Positions 27,390 to 36,927 of a stretch of 64,000 nt of DNA are shown one piece after another. The stretch is taken from the NCBI GenBank assembly GCA_022750435.1, contig JAKIVS010000001.1, positions 102,542 through 166,541 on the forward strand, in the 5' to 3' direction. Both the position numbers and the translations under genes were made by a program. Numbering within the stretch: the stretch's first letter is position 1; every line of letters begins with the position of its first letter. The notes beneath the pieces were generated by a model. That model ran no database searches. It was not told the DNA's origin and saw only the letters and a list, made by a program, of their open reading frames with translations. The DNA is from Thermoplasmata archaeon. GTDB lineage: Archaea; Thermoplasmatota; Thermoplasmata; Lutacidiplasmatales; UBA184.

Positions 27390-27641
27390 GGACCGCTGTG
27401 CCGCGGCGGGAGAAAAGCTCCCCCCGACGCGGGCGAAGCTCCATACCCAGGTTGTTCTAGGGAGTAGCGGGCGGCGACCGATGCCACGCCGGAAGTACGG
27501 TCACCTGCGGAAGCCCATCCCGCCGGTGCCGCCGGAGAAGTGTCGATACCGCCGCCTCGGCCGACGGTGCCCGGCCCACCCGCACCGATCCGGAGCCCGG
27601 ACGAGCGAGGGGGACCGGTAGTGGACAGCGGGCCGCTCGGA

Positions 27642-29924
27642 ATGCTTATGGTCGGGGGCACCGAGCTATCCGCCGTGACCTGGTCGAGCGGCGGGGGCCC
27701 TCGAGGGGACTCGTCCTCGACGGCCTCCGCGGTCGTCCTCGCGCTTCTCGTCGTGACCTCGGGTCTTGCGGCTCTCGGCTTCCATGGCAGTCTCTCCGTG
27801 TCCCACGCCCTGGAATCGACCGAACGGTCGACGGCGCCGGAGGTGCGAGCACCCGGATCGCATGCGCTTTCGCCGCCTCCACCTCCCCCGCCCCCACCGC
27901 CGCCGCCGTCCATCGAAGTCAGCGTATCCCCGAGCGGGAACGCATCGATCCCGATGTGGCGCGCCACGGGGGCTCTCGGGGCCCCCCCGCCGCGGGCGGA
28001 TTCCGCCATGGCGTTCGACCTCGTCCTCAACGCGACGGTCCTCTTCGGGGGCTACACCACGGGCGGGTCTTGCCCGGCCCTGACGGAGTGCGCGCTGGGC
28101 GACACGTGGGAATTCCTCGACGGATCCTGGTTCAACGTGACGCCGACGCACCCGACGGCCTCGAACACCCCCTCCGCTCGATGGGGCGCCTCGATGACCT
28201 ACGACCCCGCGGTCGAGGGACTCCTGCTGTTCGGCGGCATTACGGCCGCCTTCAACGGGTTCAACAGCCCCGGTCTCAACGATACCTGGGAGTTCGTCCG
28301 GGGAGACTGGGTGCTTCTCTGCGATGGTCCCTCCTGCCGGGCCCCGCAGGACCGGTGGGACGCGGCCCTGACCTACAGTGTCGAAGCCGGGGCTCCCGTC
28401 CTCTTCGGGGGGGAGTCCACCTTCAGCGGTTCGACCCTCGTCCTCAACGACACGTGGACGTTCCTCCCCCAAACGAACTGGACTCCCGCCGGCACGTCGG
28501 TGGCGCCGAGCGGTCGATTTGCCGCAGGGTTCGCCGACGACCGCCAACTCGACGGAGTCGTCTTGTTCGGCGGAATACCCGCCAACTCCGAGACCTGGCT
28601 GTTTCGGAACTCCAGCTGGCACCCGCTGTCCCCCTCGCCGGCATCCGGTAAACCGTCGGCCCGAGGAGGCGTGGACTTGGCGCCCGACCCACTGAATGGT
28701 TCGGTCACTCTGTTCGGCGGATGCTCGGCGATCCCGTGCGGCGGCACCGGATTGAACGACACCTGGGTCCTGGCCGGAACGAACTGGTACAACCTCTCCG
28801 CGAAGATCGGCCCTGCGCCCCCCGGGCGGGACCTCGGCGGACTGGTCCCGACGTCCAATCGGGGTGCCCTCCTCTTGTTCGGTGGCGCCTCCGGCACCCT
28901 CGAGAACGATTCGTGGTGGATCGCCCACATCGAGATCGAGCCGGTCACGGCAAGTCCGTGGGCCGTCGACGTCGGTCTCCCGACGATGCTGAACGTCAAC
29001 GTCAGCGGCGGGTACGGACCCGAAACGCTGACCTGGAGTGGCCTACCCAGTGGCTGCATCAGCGCCAACACCAACGAGCTCAATTGCACCGACAACGCCA
29101 CTTCCGCGGAGGTGGCGACCGTCGTCGTCACGGCTACTGACCCCGTTGGGGAGATGGTGGAATCGCTGCCGTCGTACGTCCAGTTCGACGCTCGCCCCAC
29201 CGTCACGCTGGAGGCGACCCCTCTCGAAGGCATCGCGCCGCTCCAAGTCACGTTCGAGGCGACGTCCGCGGGCGGTACCGGCAACGTGTCGCTGGCCTGG
29301 CAGTTCGGCGATTCGGGAACTGGCACTGGCTCGAATCCGAACCACACCTACCTCACCTCAGGGATGTACACGGCGACCGTCTGGGCCAACGACAGCGACC
29401 TCGTCTCGGATTCGGCCCACACGACCGTGAGCGTCCACAGCCGTCTGATGGCGAACGCCTCCTTCTCCTCTCCGACCATCGTGGTCGGCCACGCTTCGAT
29501 GCTCGTCTTGCAATGGACCGGCGGTGTCCCACCGTACGAGGTCCATCCCCTCGCGCCTCTCCCGAATTGCACCAACCAGGTCGTAGTCGGCCCTCCCACC
29601 CAAGCGTTCTACAGTTGCGCGCCGAACGCGAGCGGCGTGTACCATGTCCAGGTCCGGATCAACGATAGTTCCGGTCAAGCGCGCAACGTCTCGGCGAACC
29701 TCACCGTCGCCGCCCCGGCCGGATCGGTCACCGCGGCGTCGACCGGGCTCACCTCCACGCAAAAGTTTCTCCTCACGCTCGCCGGCGCCCTCGTCATCGC
29801 CGTGGTCGTCGGCATCTACGTCTTCGGACGTCGCCGGCCGCCGGGCTTGATTCCGCCGGCGCACCCCGAGGGACCCATGCCCACGGGAAATCTGTACGTC
29901 CCGCCCGAAGACGTGCGAAGGTGA
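27642..29924 (+). CDS. Kelch-repeat plus PKD/Ig-like surface protein with 12-Pro linker and C-terminal TM anchor (chromosomal paralog of the element cargo)
   Basis: N-terminal TM, run of 12 Pro codons, Kelch repeats (VLFGG...GDTWEF), PKD signature LAWQFGDSGTGTGSNPNHTYLTSGMYTATVWAND, TM plus GRRRPP tail. Start is GTG 27621 or ATG 27642. Confidence 0.8.
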   Translation: MLMVGGTELSAVTWSSGGGPRGDSSSTASAVVLALLVVTSGLAALGFHGSLSVSHALESTERSTAPEVRAPGSHALSPPPPPPPPPPPPSIEVSVSPSGNASIPMWRATGALGAPPPRADSAMAFDLVLNATVLFGGYTTGGSCPALTECALGDTWEFLDGSWFNVTPTHPTASNTPSARWGASMTYDPAVEGLLLFGGITAAFNGFNSPGLNDTWEFVRGDWVLLCDGPSCRAPQDRWDAALTYSVEAGAPVLFGGESTFSGSTLVLNDTWTFLPQTNWTPAGTSVAPSGRFAAGFADDRQLDGVVLFGGIPANSETWLFRNSSWHPLSPSPASGKPSARGGVDLAPDPLNGSVTLFGGCSAIPCGGTGLNDTWVLAGTNWYNLSAKIGPAPPGRDLGGLVPTSNRGALLLFGGASGTLENDSWWIAHIEIEPVTASPWAVDVGLPTMLNVNVSGGYGPETLTWSGLPSGCISANTNELNCTDNATSAEVATVVVTATDPVGEMVESLPSYVQFDARPTVTLEATPLEGIAPLQVTFEATSAGGTGNVSLAWQFGDSGTGTGSNPNHTYLTSGMYTATVWANDSDLVSDSAHTTVSVHSRLMANASFSSPTIVVGHASMLVLQWTGGVPPYEVHPLAPLPNCTNQVVVGPPTQAFYSCAPNASGVYHVQVRINDSSGQARNVSANLTVAAPAGSVTAASTGLTSTQKFLLTLAGALVIAVVVGIYVFGRRRPPGLIPPAHPEGPMPTGNLYVPPEDVRR

Positions 29925-29936
29925 GAGTCCCGGCCG

Positions 29937-31376
29937 CTACGCCGCCGGCGGCTCGGTGTTCCCTCCGAGCAGGATCGGGGTGACGATCCGCCGGTCGAGG
30001 GCGTCGGCGGCGTCCTCCAGACCCCGGAGCACCGGCGGCGCGATCTTCCCGCGGGCCCTCGAGAGGGAGGCCTCGAACTCGAAACGAGCCTGGGCCCATC
30101 GGTAGAGGCTCTCCGGATACACCGCCTCGTACAGGAGGGCGCGGCCTCCGTTCGACGACTTCCGCCTCCGGGTCGACCCCGTCAGACGGTCCTTGACGGC
30201 GTCGTAGAAGCGGGTCCCCGGCACCGGGACCGCAATCGAGATCGAGTACTCCTCGGGACTGAACTTGCGGAACAGTCGGAGGGTCTCGGAGATGTCCTCG
30301 ACGGTTTCGCCCGGGTACCCGAGCATCAGGAACCAGTACTGGCGGATGCCTTCGCGGCGGAGCGCCTCGGCGGCGCGCTCGACCTGCGCCAGCTTCGTCC
30401 CTCGGTTCATCGCATCGAGCATCTTTTGGCTCCCGGATTCGACGCCGACGTAGACGCGCGCGAGGCCCGCTCGCCGCATGCGGGCCAGTAGGTCCGGTTT
30501 GAGGAGGTCGACGCGGGCGAGGCACTCGAACTGGAGGTCGAGCTTCTCCTCGATCATCCGGTCGAGGAGTTCTTCCAGCCAGCTTCGCTGGATGCCGAAC
30601 ACGTCGTCACAGAATCGGACGTAGTCGACCCGATACCGATCCTTGAGCTCCCTCAGTTCGTCGAGGACGCGTCCGACCGACTGTTGGCGGTACGTTCGGC
30701 CGAACGTGGGCTTGGAGCACCAGGCGCAGTCGAACGGGCAGCCCCGGGAAGTCAGGACGGCCATTCGACGTTCCCCCGTGGACCCCTGCCAGGTCGAGAG
30801 GTACTGTTCGAGGTCGATCGCCTCCCACAGAGGGAGCGGGAGCTCATCGAGAGAGGAGAGGAACGGGCGGGGCGGTCCTCGGACAACCCGCTCCCCGTCG
30901 AGCACCGCAAGTCCGGGGATGGACCGTGGAGCCCCCCCGGTCACGACAACTTGAGAGAGCTCGAGCAGCGTCGCCTCCCCCTCCCCGACCGCGACGGCGT
31001 CGAACCCCGCGGAAAGGTACGTCTCCGGTCGGGTGGCCGCGTCCGGTCCACCGGCAACGGTGAACGCCCCCGCCTCCTTGGCGAGTCTCGCGACGGCGAG
31101 CGCGCGCCCCATCGTGAGAGTCTTGGTGTGCACGCCGACCACGGCGGGCCGGAAGGCGCGGATTGCCGCGGCCACCGGGCGCGTGTCCCGGGCGAACGTC
31201 AGATCGACGACGGCGACCTCGACCCCGTGGCGCCGAAGGTAGGCGGCGAGGGTGAGGATCCCGAGCGACGGGTACAACTCGACGAACTTGCGTTCCATCG
31301 GGTCTTCCTTGGCGAGATAGGGGTCGACCAGCAGGACCCGTGGGGTCTCGTCGGGCGGAGCTCCATCAGCGGACAC
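29937..31376 (-). CDS. B12-binding-domain radical SAM enzyme
   Basis: N-terminal cobalamin-binding-like Rossmann half (RVLLVDPYL...VVGVH). Radical SAM CPFDCAWC (Cx3Cx2C) followed by a TIM-barrel half. Confidence 0.8.
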   Translation of the reverse strand: MSADGAPPDETPRVLLVDPYLAKEDPMERKFVELYPSLGILTLAAYLRRHGVEVAVVDLTFARDTRPVAAAIRAFRPAVVGVHTKTLTMGRALAVARLAKEAGAFTVAGGPDAATRPETYLSAGFDAVAVGEGEATLLELSQVVVTGGAPRSIPGLAVLDGERVVRGPPRPFLSSLDELPLPLWEAIDLEQYLSTWQGSTGERRMAVLTSRGCPFDCAWCSKPTFGRTYRQQSVGRVLDELRELKDRYRVDYVRFCDDVFGIQRSWLEELLDRMIEEKLDLQFECLARVDLLKPDLLARMRRAGLARVYVGVESGSQKMLDAMNRGTKLAQVERAAEALRREGIRQYWFLMLGYPGETVEDISETLRLFRKFSPEEYSISIAVPVPGTRFYDAVKDRLTGSTRRRKSSNGGRALLYEAVYPESLYRWAQARFEFEASLSRARGKIAPPVLRGLEDAADALDRRIVTPILLGGNTEPPAA

Positions 31377-31572
31377 GCGACCCTCCCGGACGTGCGGTCT
31401 TCCCCGCCGGCATGTGGAGCGCCCCGACGGGGCAATAGGGGATGCACCAGCCGCAGTCAGAACAGTGCGAAAGGACCGTGAGACGATCTGGGTCGAGCTC
31501 GAGGGCGTTCGGAGGGCAGACGCCGGTGCAGAGACCGCAGAGCACGCAGCAGTCGGCGTCGACGACGATCAC
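31366..31572 (-). CDS. 2x[4Fe-4S] ferredoxin (68 aa)
   Basis: CCVLCGLCTGVCP and CSDCGWCIPYCP cluster motifs. GTG start overlaps the sufU stop (GTGA). The 3' end overlaps the radical SAM start by 11 nt. Hidden inside a longer spurious track ORF. Confidence 0.75.
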   Translation of the reverse strand: MIVVDADCCVLCGLCTGVCPPNALELDPDRLTVLSHCSDCGWCIPYCPVGALHMPAGKTARPGGSRVR

Positions 31573-31988
31573 GTCTGCGCCGCGCCTCCGGCGGCCCACG
31601 TGGAGTCCGACGGAGCCGTGGTGCCGGTCAGGGCACGGCCAAGGGCGGCGAATCCGGTGAGCGCGCACTTGACCCGGACGGGGGAGAGGGGAATGGCGAC
31701 GAGCTTGAGGACGTCCTCCCGTTGGATCTTGCGGACCTCCTCGATCGATTGGCCCTTCACTTTCTGGGTGAGCATCGAGGCGCTCGCGATGCTGATGGCG
31801 CAGCCATCGCCGTGGAATCGAATGTCGGCGACGGACGTCCTCGCCTCGTCCCACTTCAACTGCACCGTGATGTGATCCCCGCAATTGGGGTTGCTCTCTT
31901 CCCCGGAGGCGTCGGCGTTGGCGAGCTCGCCGAAGTTCTTCGGCGCGCGGTAATGCTGCAAAATGATCTCCTGGTACATGTCGTACAT
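31569..31988 (-). CDS. sufU: SufU/IscU-type Fe-S cluster scaffold or sulfur-transfer protein
   Basis: NPNCGD, GDGCAISIASASM, RVKCALTG: three conserved Cys in NifU-N/SufU context. Confidence 0.85.
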   Translation of the reverse strand: MYDMYQEIILQHYRAPKNFGELANADASGEESNPNCGDHITVQLKWDEARTSVADIRFHGDGCAISIASASMLTQKVKGQSIEEVRKIQREDVLKLVAIPLSPVRVKCALTGFAALGRALTGTTAPSDSTWAAGGAAQT

Positions 31989-32215
31989 CGTCAGAGACCT
32001 GCCCTTTTTCCGGCCCGATTTGCAGGACCCACGTCCCCATTAAGACGGCTTCGGACGGGGTTACCTTCGGGCGATGTAAGACAGGCATGGACTTGGGCCC
32101 CCGCTGTTCCGAGTCGCCGACCCGGGCCGGCTCGAGATTCGTTCAGTTCCGCTCGAACCTGAAGCAGGGGCCGCGCGTTCGATGACGGGACGGCGATGGG
32201 CGCCGACGGGGTGGA

Positions 32216-32986
32216 CTACTGGCACGGTGTCCAGTCGAACGCCAGACCGAAGCCGTCGGACTGGGCAGAACCGTCCAGGCTCCAGACGCCCTGCGCTCCG
32301 GCGTCGAACGAATAGGTGTAGGTCACCAGAGCGGGGACGGCGGCGGTTACGACGATGGTCATCGGGCCCTCGGCGAAGGGCACCTCGAACCGAAGTTCAC
32401 TCGCAGGTGCTAGAGTGAGCGTGGCGGAGCCCGGGCCGCAAATGGTGAGTGCGGGTTGGGTGGCCTCGGAGAAGTTGTCGGACCAGATTACGGATGCGGA
32501 AAGACGACTCGGAACGCCCTGATCGGAGGTCGCGTTCGACGCCAATAGGTTGGCGGCCTTTTGGTCCAACCCGGCGTGCCGGCCCCCCTCCCGAGAGAGG
32601 TCCGACGCACCGTACGCTCCCCCGCACGGTTGATCAATACCCGCACCCGCGGCGGTGGTATTCGAACTCTGGCTGAGAGTCCAGTTGTCGAGGCTCAGGA
32701 GGGCGTCCGCGGTTCCATTGCGTGCGGTGATGGTCGCTGAGTCGAGCGCGGAGGGAGCGGGCGAGATGAGCGCGGCGGTCGCACTCGCCGACCCGCCATA
32801 CGGCGAGTCGAGAAGGATTACGGGCGTCCAGAATTGTTGCGTAGAACCGATTGGTCTACTCGTGCAGGTCTCGTGGGAGAGCCACCGATAGTGATCCGCG
32901 TAGGTGAGGGTGACCACGGCGGCGACCGCGCTGAGTCCGACCAGCACGACGGCGACGGTGAGGATGGCGCGTCTCTGCGGGCGCAT
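32216..32986 (-). CDS. Hypothetical secreted or anchored protein
   Basis: Signal anchor MRPQRRAILTVAVVLVGLSAVAAVV. Several N-x-S/T sequons. No family recognised. Confidence 0.55.
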   Translation of the reverse strand: MRPQRRAILTVAVVLVGLSAVAAVVTLTYADHYRWLSHETCTSRPIGSTQQFWTPVILLDSPYGGSASATAALISPAPSALDSATITARNGTADALLSLDNWTLSQSSNTTAAGAGIDQPCGGAYGASDLSREGGRHAGLDQKAANLLASNATSDQGVPSRLSASVIWSDNFSEATQPALTICGPGSATLTLAPASELRFEVPFAEGPMTIVVTAAVPALVTYTYSFDAGAQGVWSLDGSAQSDGFGLAFDWTPCQ

Positions 32987-33148
32987 TTCGGTCCTGCCTC
33001 GTAGGATGACGCCCACGGCCATAAACACCCATCCCGAGAGTATGGGGATCCCGCGAGGGTGCCAGAGGCAACCAGCGCGGCCGGTGACATGACGGCGAGG
33101 AGCGAAAGCGGCCGGAACTCAGTTCGGATCGTCGGTTCGGATAGGCTA

Positions 33149-33334
33149 ATGATGGACCCCATCGGTGGGCCGGCCATGGCAGCCGTGGAGCTTCCGTTTC
33201 CCTGCCGCAAGTGCGGAGTTGCTTCGACGATTCGGTACGACCCTCGAGAATCGGGACCAATCTCCGTACGATGTCCTGCTTGTGGACACGAGACTCCGGT
33301 GGAGTTCGATGTCCAGGTCATGAACCTCCCTTAA
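33149..33334 (+). CDS. Small zinc-ribbon protein
   Basis: CRKC...CPAC pair. Alternative leaderless start at ATG 33176, about 30 nt after the AT-rich box near 33137-33148. Confidence 0.5.
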   Translation: MMDPIGGPAMAAVELPFPCRKCGVASTIRYDPRESGPISVRCPACGHETPVEFDVQVMNLP

Positions 33335-33423
33335 GCGGGCGGCCCTGAGCCCTTTGCAAGGCGGCGGCGGGGCTCGGTCAATGGCGGCCCCACGGGGGCG
33401 AGGAGCGGAATGCCGATCCGCAT

Positions 33424-33561
33424 TCAGTCGAACGAGCTGTCTTCGCCCATACGGGTGATCATCGCGCCGCACTTCGGGCATTGGATCAAACGCCATTCGG
33501 CCCCCACCGTCACGACCGTGTGGCAGGTCGGGCACTTCGCCTGCGAGGGAGGTTCGGTCAT
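33424..33561 (-). CDS. Small zinc-ribbon protein (45 aa, below the ORF-track cut-off)
   Basis: Hand translation: MTEPPSQAKCPTCHTVVTVGAEWRLIQCPKCGAMITRMGEDSSFD, with CPTC...CPKC. T-rich box about 30-35 nt upstream. Confidence 0.45.
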   Translation of the reverse strand: MTEPPSQAKCPTCHTVVTVGAEWRLIQCPKCGAMITRMGEDSSFD

Positions 33562-33785
33562 TTGCTGGCGATGTGCTTCCCCCATTCCGCGCGACAGAAA
33601 TCAATGACACGCGTCGACGGCGAACCACGAGGAGCGCGCGTGGCGACCAGAGAGGGAAGCTCCGCAAGCGGAGGTCGACAGTCGAAGTCCCCCGGCGGAT
33701 CCGGCGCCGGTACGCGGAGGCAGGGCCGACGTGACGCGAATCTCCGTGTACGAATCGATATACCCACGAACCGAGTCCGTTCGTC

Positions 33786-34658
33786 ATGAGTGCCAAGGCT
33801 TCCGTGTTAGACGGGTCGATTCTGGTCGTCGGCGGAACCGGGGATCTCGGTGGCCGGGCGGTCCGGGCGCTTCTGGCGCGCGGAAAGAAGGTCAGGGCCC
33901 TCGTTCGACCCGGAAGCGATCCCTCGGGACTGGTGACCCAAGGCGTCGAGGTGGTGCGAGGCGACATGTTGGATCCTGCATCGCTCGCTCCTGCGATGGC
34001 CGGGGTATCCGCCGTCGTGTCGACGGCCATCGGCTATTCGCGCCGCCGTGAGACCGACTCGCTCCGGACCGATACAGAGGGGAACCGGAACCTCGTGGAT
34101 GCGGCGCGGAAGAGCGACGTCCCCCGATTCGTGTTCCAAAGCATCCTGACCTGCGACCAGGCGGAAAGTGTCCCGCACTTCTGGCCGAAGAAGCTCACCG
34201 AGGACTACCTGCAAGGGCAGGGGGTGCCGTTCGTCTCTCTCCGGCCGGGTGCCTATCTGGGTGGCCCTTGGATGAAGAAAGGACTTGAGTACGGTGGGGT
34301 GATGGGCATGACCCCCCCGGACGTGCGGATCACCTTCATCGATCCCGACGAAGTCGCCCGGGCCTTGGCGCTCTCCGTCGATGAACCCCGGGCCCTCGGA
34401 AAGAAGATTGATCTCGGCTCCGACCGTCCGCTGTCCAGCCCTGAGTTGGCCGAGCTCCTGGGGCGCCTGATGGGTCGGAAGCTCCAGCTCCAGCCCCTGC
34501 CCCAGGGGTCGGCGGACATGACGGCCATGGCCGAGTACTTCGCCACGGGCAAGTATGTCGCCGATACCCGGGTCCAGGGAGAACTGTTCCCTCCCGTCCC
34601 AAAGATCGAGGAGACCGCCCGGAAGATGCTCAAAGAGTTCGGTCTCCTCGCTCCCTAG
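33786..34658 (+). CDS. NmrA-like / atypical SDR NAD(P)-binding protein
   Basis: ILVVGGTGDLGGRAVRALLARG Rossmann motif. NmrA-like length and layout. Confidence 0.75.
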   Translation: MSAKASVLDGSILVVGGTGDLGGRAVRALLARGKKVRALVRPGSDPSGLVTQGVEVVRGDMLDPASLAPAMAGVSAVVSTAIGYSRRRETDSLRTDTEGNRNLVDAARKSDVPRFVFQSILTCDQAESVPHFWPKKLTEDYLQGQGVPFVSLRPGAYLGGPWMKKGLEYGGVMGMTPPDVRITFIDPDEVARALALSVDEPRALGKKIDLGSDRPLSSPELAELLGRLMGRKLQLQPLPQGSADMTAMAEYFATGKYVADTRVQGELFPPVPKIEETARKMLKEFGLLAP

Positions 34659-34767
34659 GAGCTCTGGAGGCCAAACGGAGGGCCGGACCACGCGGCCGAC
34701 GACGAGGGACGCGAGGACCGCGCGAGCGAGATGAAACCGAGGAGGATTCGTCCCCAAATTCGCGGCG

Positions 34768-34986
34768 ATGGACGGGACTCTGCCGGCCCACCTGGCCATT
34801 GCCGACATTACCGGCGTCAAAGACCCCCTCTGGGAGACGTTCTCCCTCCGGATCACCCCCAGCCTCGTCACTTTCGAGGATGGGAAGCTCGTTAGCCGAC
34901 TCGACGGCCGACGATTCGTTGGCCTCGACCGCGGGGATCTGGCGAGGTTGCGTGAAATGGTACCGGGGCGAGGCGACGGCGCGTGA
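34768..34986 (+). CDS. Thioredoxin-fold fragment-like ORF (no CxxC)
   Basis: ITPSLVTFEDGKLVSRLDG resembles the C-terminal half of thioredoxins. The N-terminal active-site half is absent. Confidence 0.3.
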   Translation: MDGTLPAHLAIADITGVKDPLWETFSLRITPSLVTFEDGKLVSRLDGRRFVGLDRGDLARLREMVPGRGDGA

Positions 34987-35151
34987 TTCCTCGCGATTCT
35001 CCGGCATTCCGGGATTGACCGGCGCTCCCCGTCCGGCATCCCCCAATCCCGGCGGCTCCTGAACGGGGAAGTTTTCTCCCGGACGGGGAACCGCGGGAGG
35101 AGCCCCCGTGGAGTGCGAATCGGCCTGACTCGGAGCCGGCGTCGGCCTAGG

Positions 35152-35168
35152 GCGTTTTCTTTATACCC
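35152..35168 (+). promoter_or_regulatory. TATA-box promoter of sufD (leaderless)
   Basis: GCGTTTTCTTTATACCC, centred about 29 nt upstream of ATG 35191. Confidence 0.5.
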
Positions 35169-35190
35169 ACCCCCGCGTGTGTAAATCGAA

Positions 35191-36585
35191 ATGGCCGTCG
35201 CCGCGAACCGCTACGAGGAGTGGCTGACGTCGAAGGACGTCCGCGAACTTTCGCGCTCTCGCGCCGAGCCGTCGTTGGTCACCGACCTCCGATTGGAGGC
35301 CCATGAGAAGTTTCTCGAGCTGGCCCTCGAGCCCAATCCCCTCTACCGGAAGTATGGCTACTTCACCGGCGTGGACCTGACCGGATTGAACATTCGACCC
35401 TCCGGCTCGCACGTGGCCGGAAGCTCCACGGCGCCTCGCACGGTCACGGCGATCCACGACGCTTCGGGGAGCCGGTTCGACCTTCCCGATGAACTCCAGC
35501 GAGAGGGAGTCCGGCTCGACCCGGTCGAGCAGGTGCTCGAGGCCGGCGGTCCCGAGGCGGCGTCTTTCCTCGGCGGCGATGAGCCGCCGAGCGACCGGCT
35601 CTCGGCGTTCGCGCTGGCCACGATCAACCGCGGCTATCGGCTCACGCTCCCCGCCCAGCTCGACCGGCCGGTTCGCCTTCGCGACGTGACGGTGCTCTCC
35701 ACGCCTCGCGAGGGACTTTCCGTACGCCGTCTGATCCGAGCGGGAAACGGAACCCGGCTCCTCGTCAGCGAAGAGGCGCTCTCGACCGTTGACGACCCTG
35801 GCCACCAGCGATTGATCGCCTCCACGACGCGTGTGGAAGCCGATGCCAACTCGCAGGTCGCCTACCTGACGCTCCATGCCCCCGACCGCCAAGCGGTGTC
35901 TGTGTACCAGCGAAGCGCGGAGATCGGTACGGCCGCCCGGATGGCGTGGGTCTGGGCCGGCTTCGGCGGGTTCCGGACGAAGGCCCGAAATCATTCCCGT
36001 CTGACGGGGAACGGTTCGTCGCTGGACGACCTGCAGGCCTTCTACGGTTCGGGGAAGACGTCGTACGATAGCGGGGTCACCATGACGCACGTCGGGACCG
36101 ACACCCACGGGCAATCGATCACGCGCGGCGTCTTCACCGACGAGGCGCGCGGGATGAGCCGGGGGTTGGTCCGCATCGAGAAGGAGGCCCGCAAGACCCT
36201 CAGCTTCCTCTCGGAGCATGCCATGCTCCTCTCGCGCGGAGCGCGCTCGGATACCGTTCCGATCCTGGAGATCCTCTGCCGCGACGTCAAGGCCACGCAC
36301 TCCTCCTCCGTGGCGCCGGTCGACCCGGAACGCATTTTCTATCTCGAGTCCCGCGGGCTCCCCCGCTCGGACGCCATCCGGATGATCGGCGAGGGGTTCC
36401 TCTCCCACGTCCTAGAGCGCGCCCCAGTGATCGGTCTCCGCGACCTCCTCTACCCGTATCTCGCCGCCCGATGGGAAGGCAAGCCTGTCGTCTGGGGGGC
36501 GGGCGGAGTCTCCACGCTCCCTCCCCTCGAGTTCGCGACCACGGCCGAGTCGACCGATTGGCGGTTTGACTCGAAGCTCCGCTAG
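35191..36585 (+). CDS. sufD: Fe-S cluster assembly protein SufD
   Basis: SufB/SufD beta-helix C-terminal region (GQSITRGVFTDEARGMSRGLVRIEKEA...ATHSSSVAPVDPERIFYLESRGLPRSDAIRMI) without the SufB Cys motifs. Confidence 0.8.
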   Translation: MAVAANRYEEWLTSKDVRELSRSRAEPSLVTDLRLEAHEKFLELALEPNPLYRKYGYFTGVDLTGLNIRPSGSHVAGSSTAPRTVTAIHDASGSRFDLPDELQREGVRLDPVEQVLEAGGPEAASFLGGDEPPSDRLSAFALATINRGYRLTLPAQLDRPVRLRDVTVLSTPREGLSVRRLIRAGNGTRLLVSEEALSTVDDPGHQRLIASTTRVEADANSQVAYLTLHAPDRQAVSVYQRSAEIGTAARMAWVWAGFGGFRTKARNHSRLTGNGSSLDDLQAFYGSGKTSYDSGVTMTHVGTDTHGQSITRGVFTDEARGMSRGLVRIEKEARKTLSFLSEHAMLLSRGARSDTVPILEILCRDVKATHSSSVAPVDPERIFYLESRGLPRSDAIRMIGEGFLSHVLERAPVIGLRDLLYPYLAARWEGKPVVWGAGGVSTLPPLEFATTAESTDWRFDSKLR

Positions 36586-36597
36586 AGGGCTCCGGCC

Positions 36598-36927
36598 GTG
36601 CCGCTCATCCTCGACGCCTCGCAATACCCCGCGGACCAGCTCCGCACCCTACTCCGGGACCAGCGCGAGGGTCTCGAGTTCTACCTCGAGCTGTTCCGGA
36701 ATCCTCCCGCCCGAGTCCTCGACCCCGCGAGCCTCCGTGCGGCGAGTGACCTACCCCACGACACGATCACGGCCATCGACCGCATCGACTCCCCTTCGGC
36801 CGACTCTGCCTCCCTGGCGGCGGCGGCCAACCTCGGCTACTCGGTGATGCTCGCCACCATCGACCTGTGGAAGAGCCACGCCGACGTGTCAAAGGTCCCG
36901 AGACGCTCCGCGCCGCCGGCCCCTTAA
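36598..36927 (+). CDS. Hypothetical protein
   Basis: ORF 13 nt after sufD. No family recognised. Confidence 0.4.
   Translation: MPLILDASQYPADQLRTLLRDQREGLEFYLELFRNPPARVLDPASLRAASDLPHDTITAIDRIDSPSADSASLAAAANLGYSVMLATIDLWKSHADVSKVPRRSAPPAP

Noticed and set aside
34987-35150. Structured RNA or riboswitch upstream of sufD (nested complementary segments CGGGATTG/CAATCCCG and TCCCCGTCCGG/CCGGACGGGGA)
   Set aside because: It lies upstream of the predicted TATA box of a leaderless gene, so it would not be in the sufD transcript. It matches no riboswitch class I know. GC-rich DNA readily gives such complementarity.
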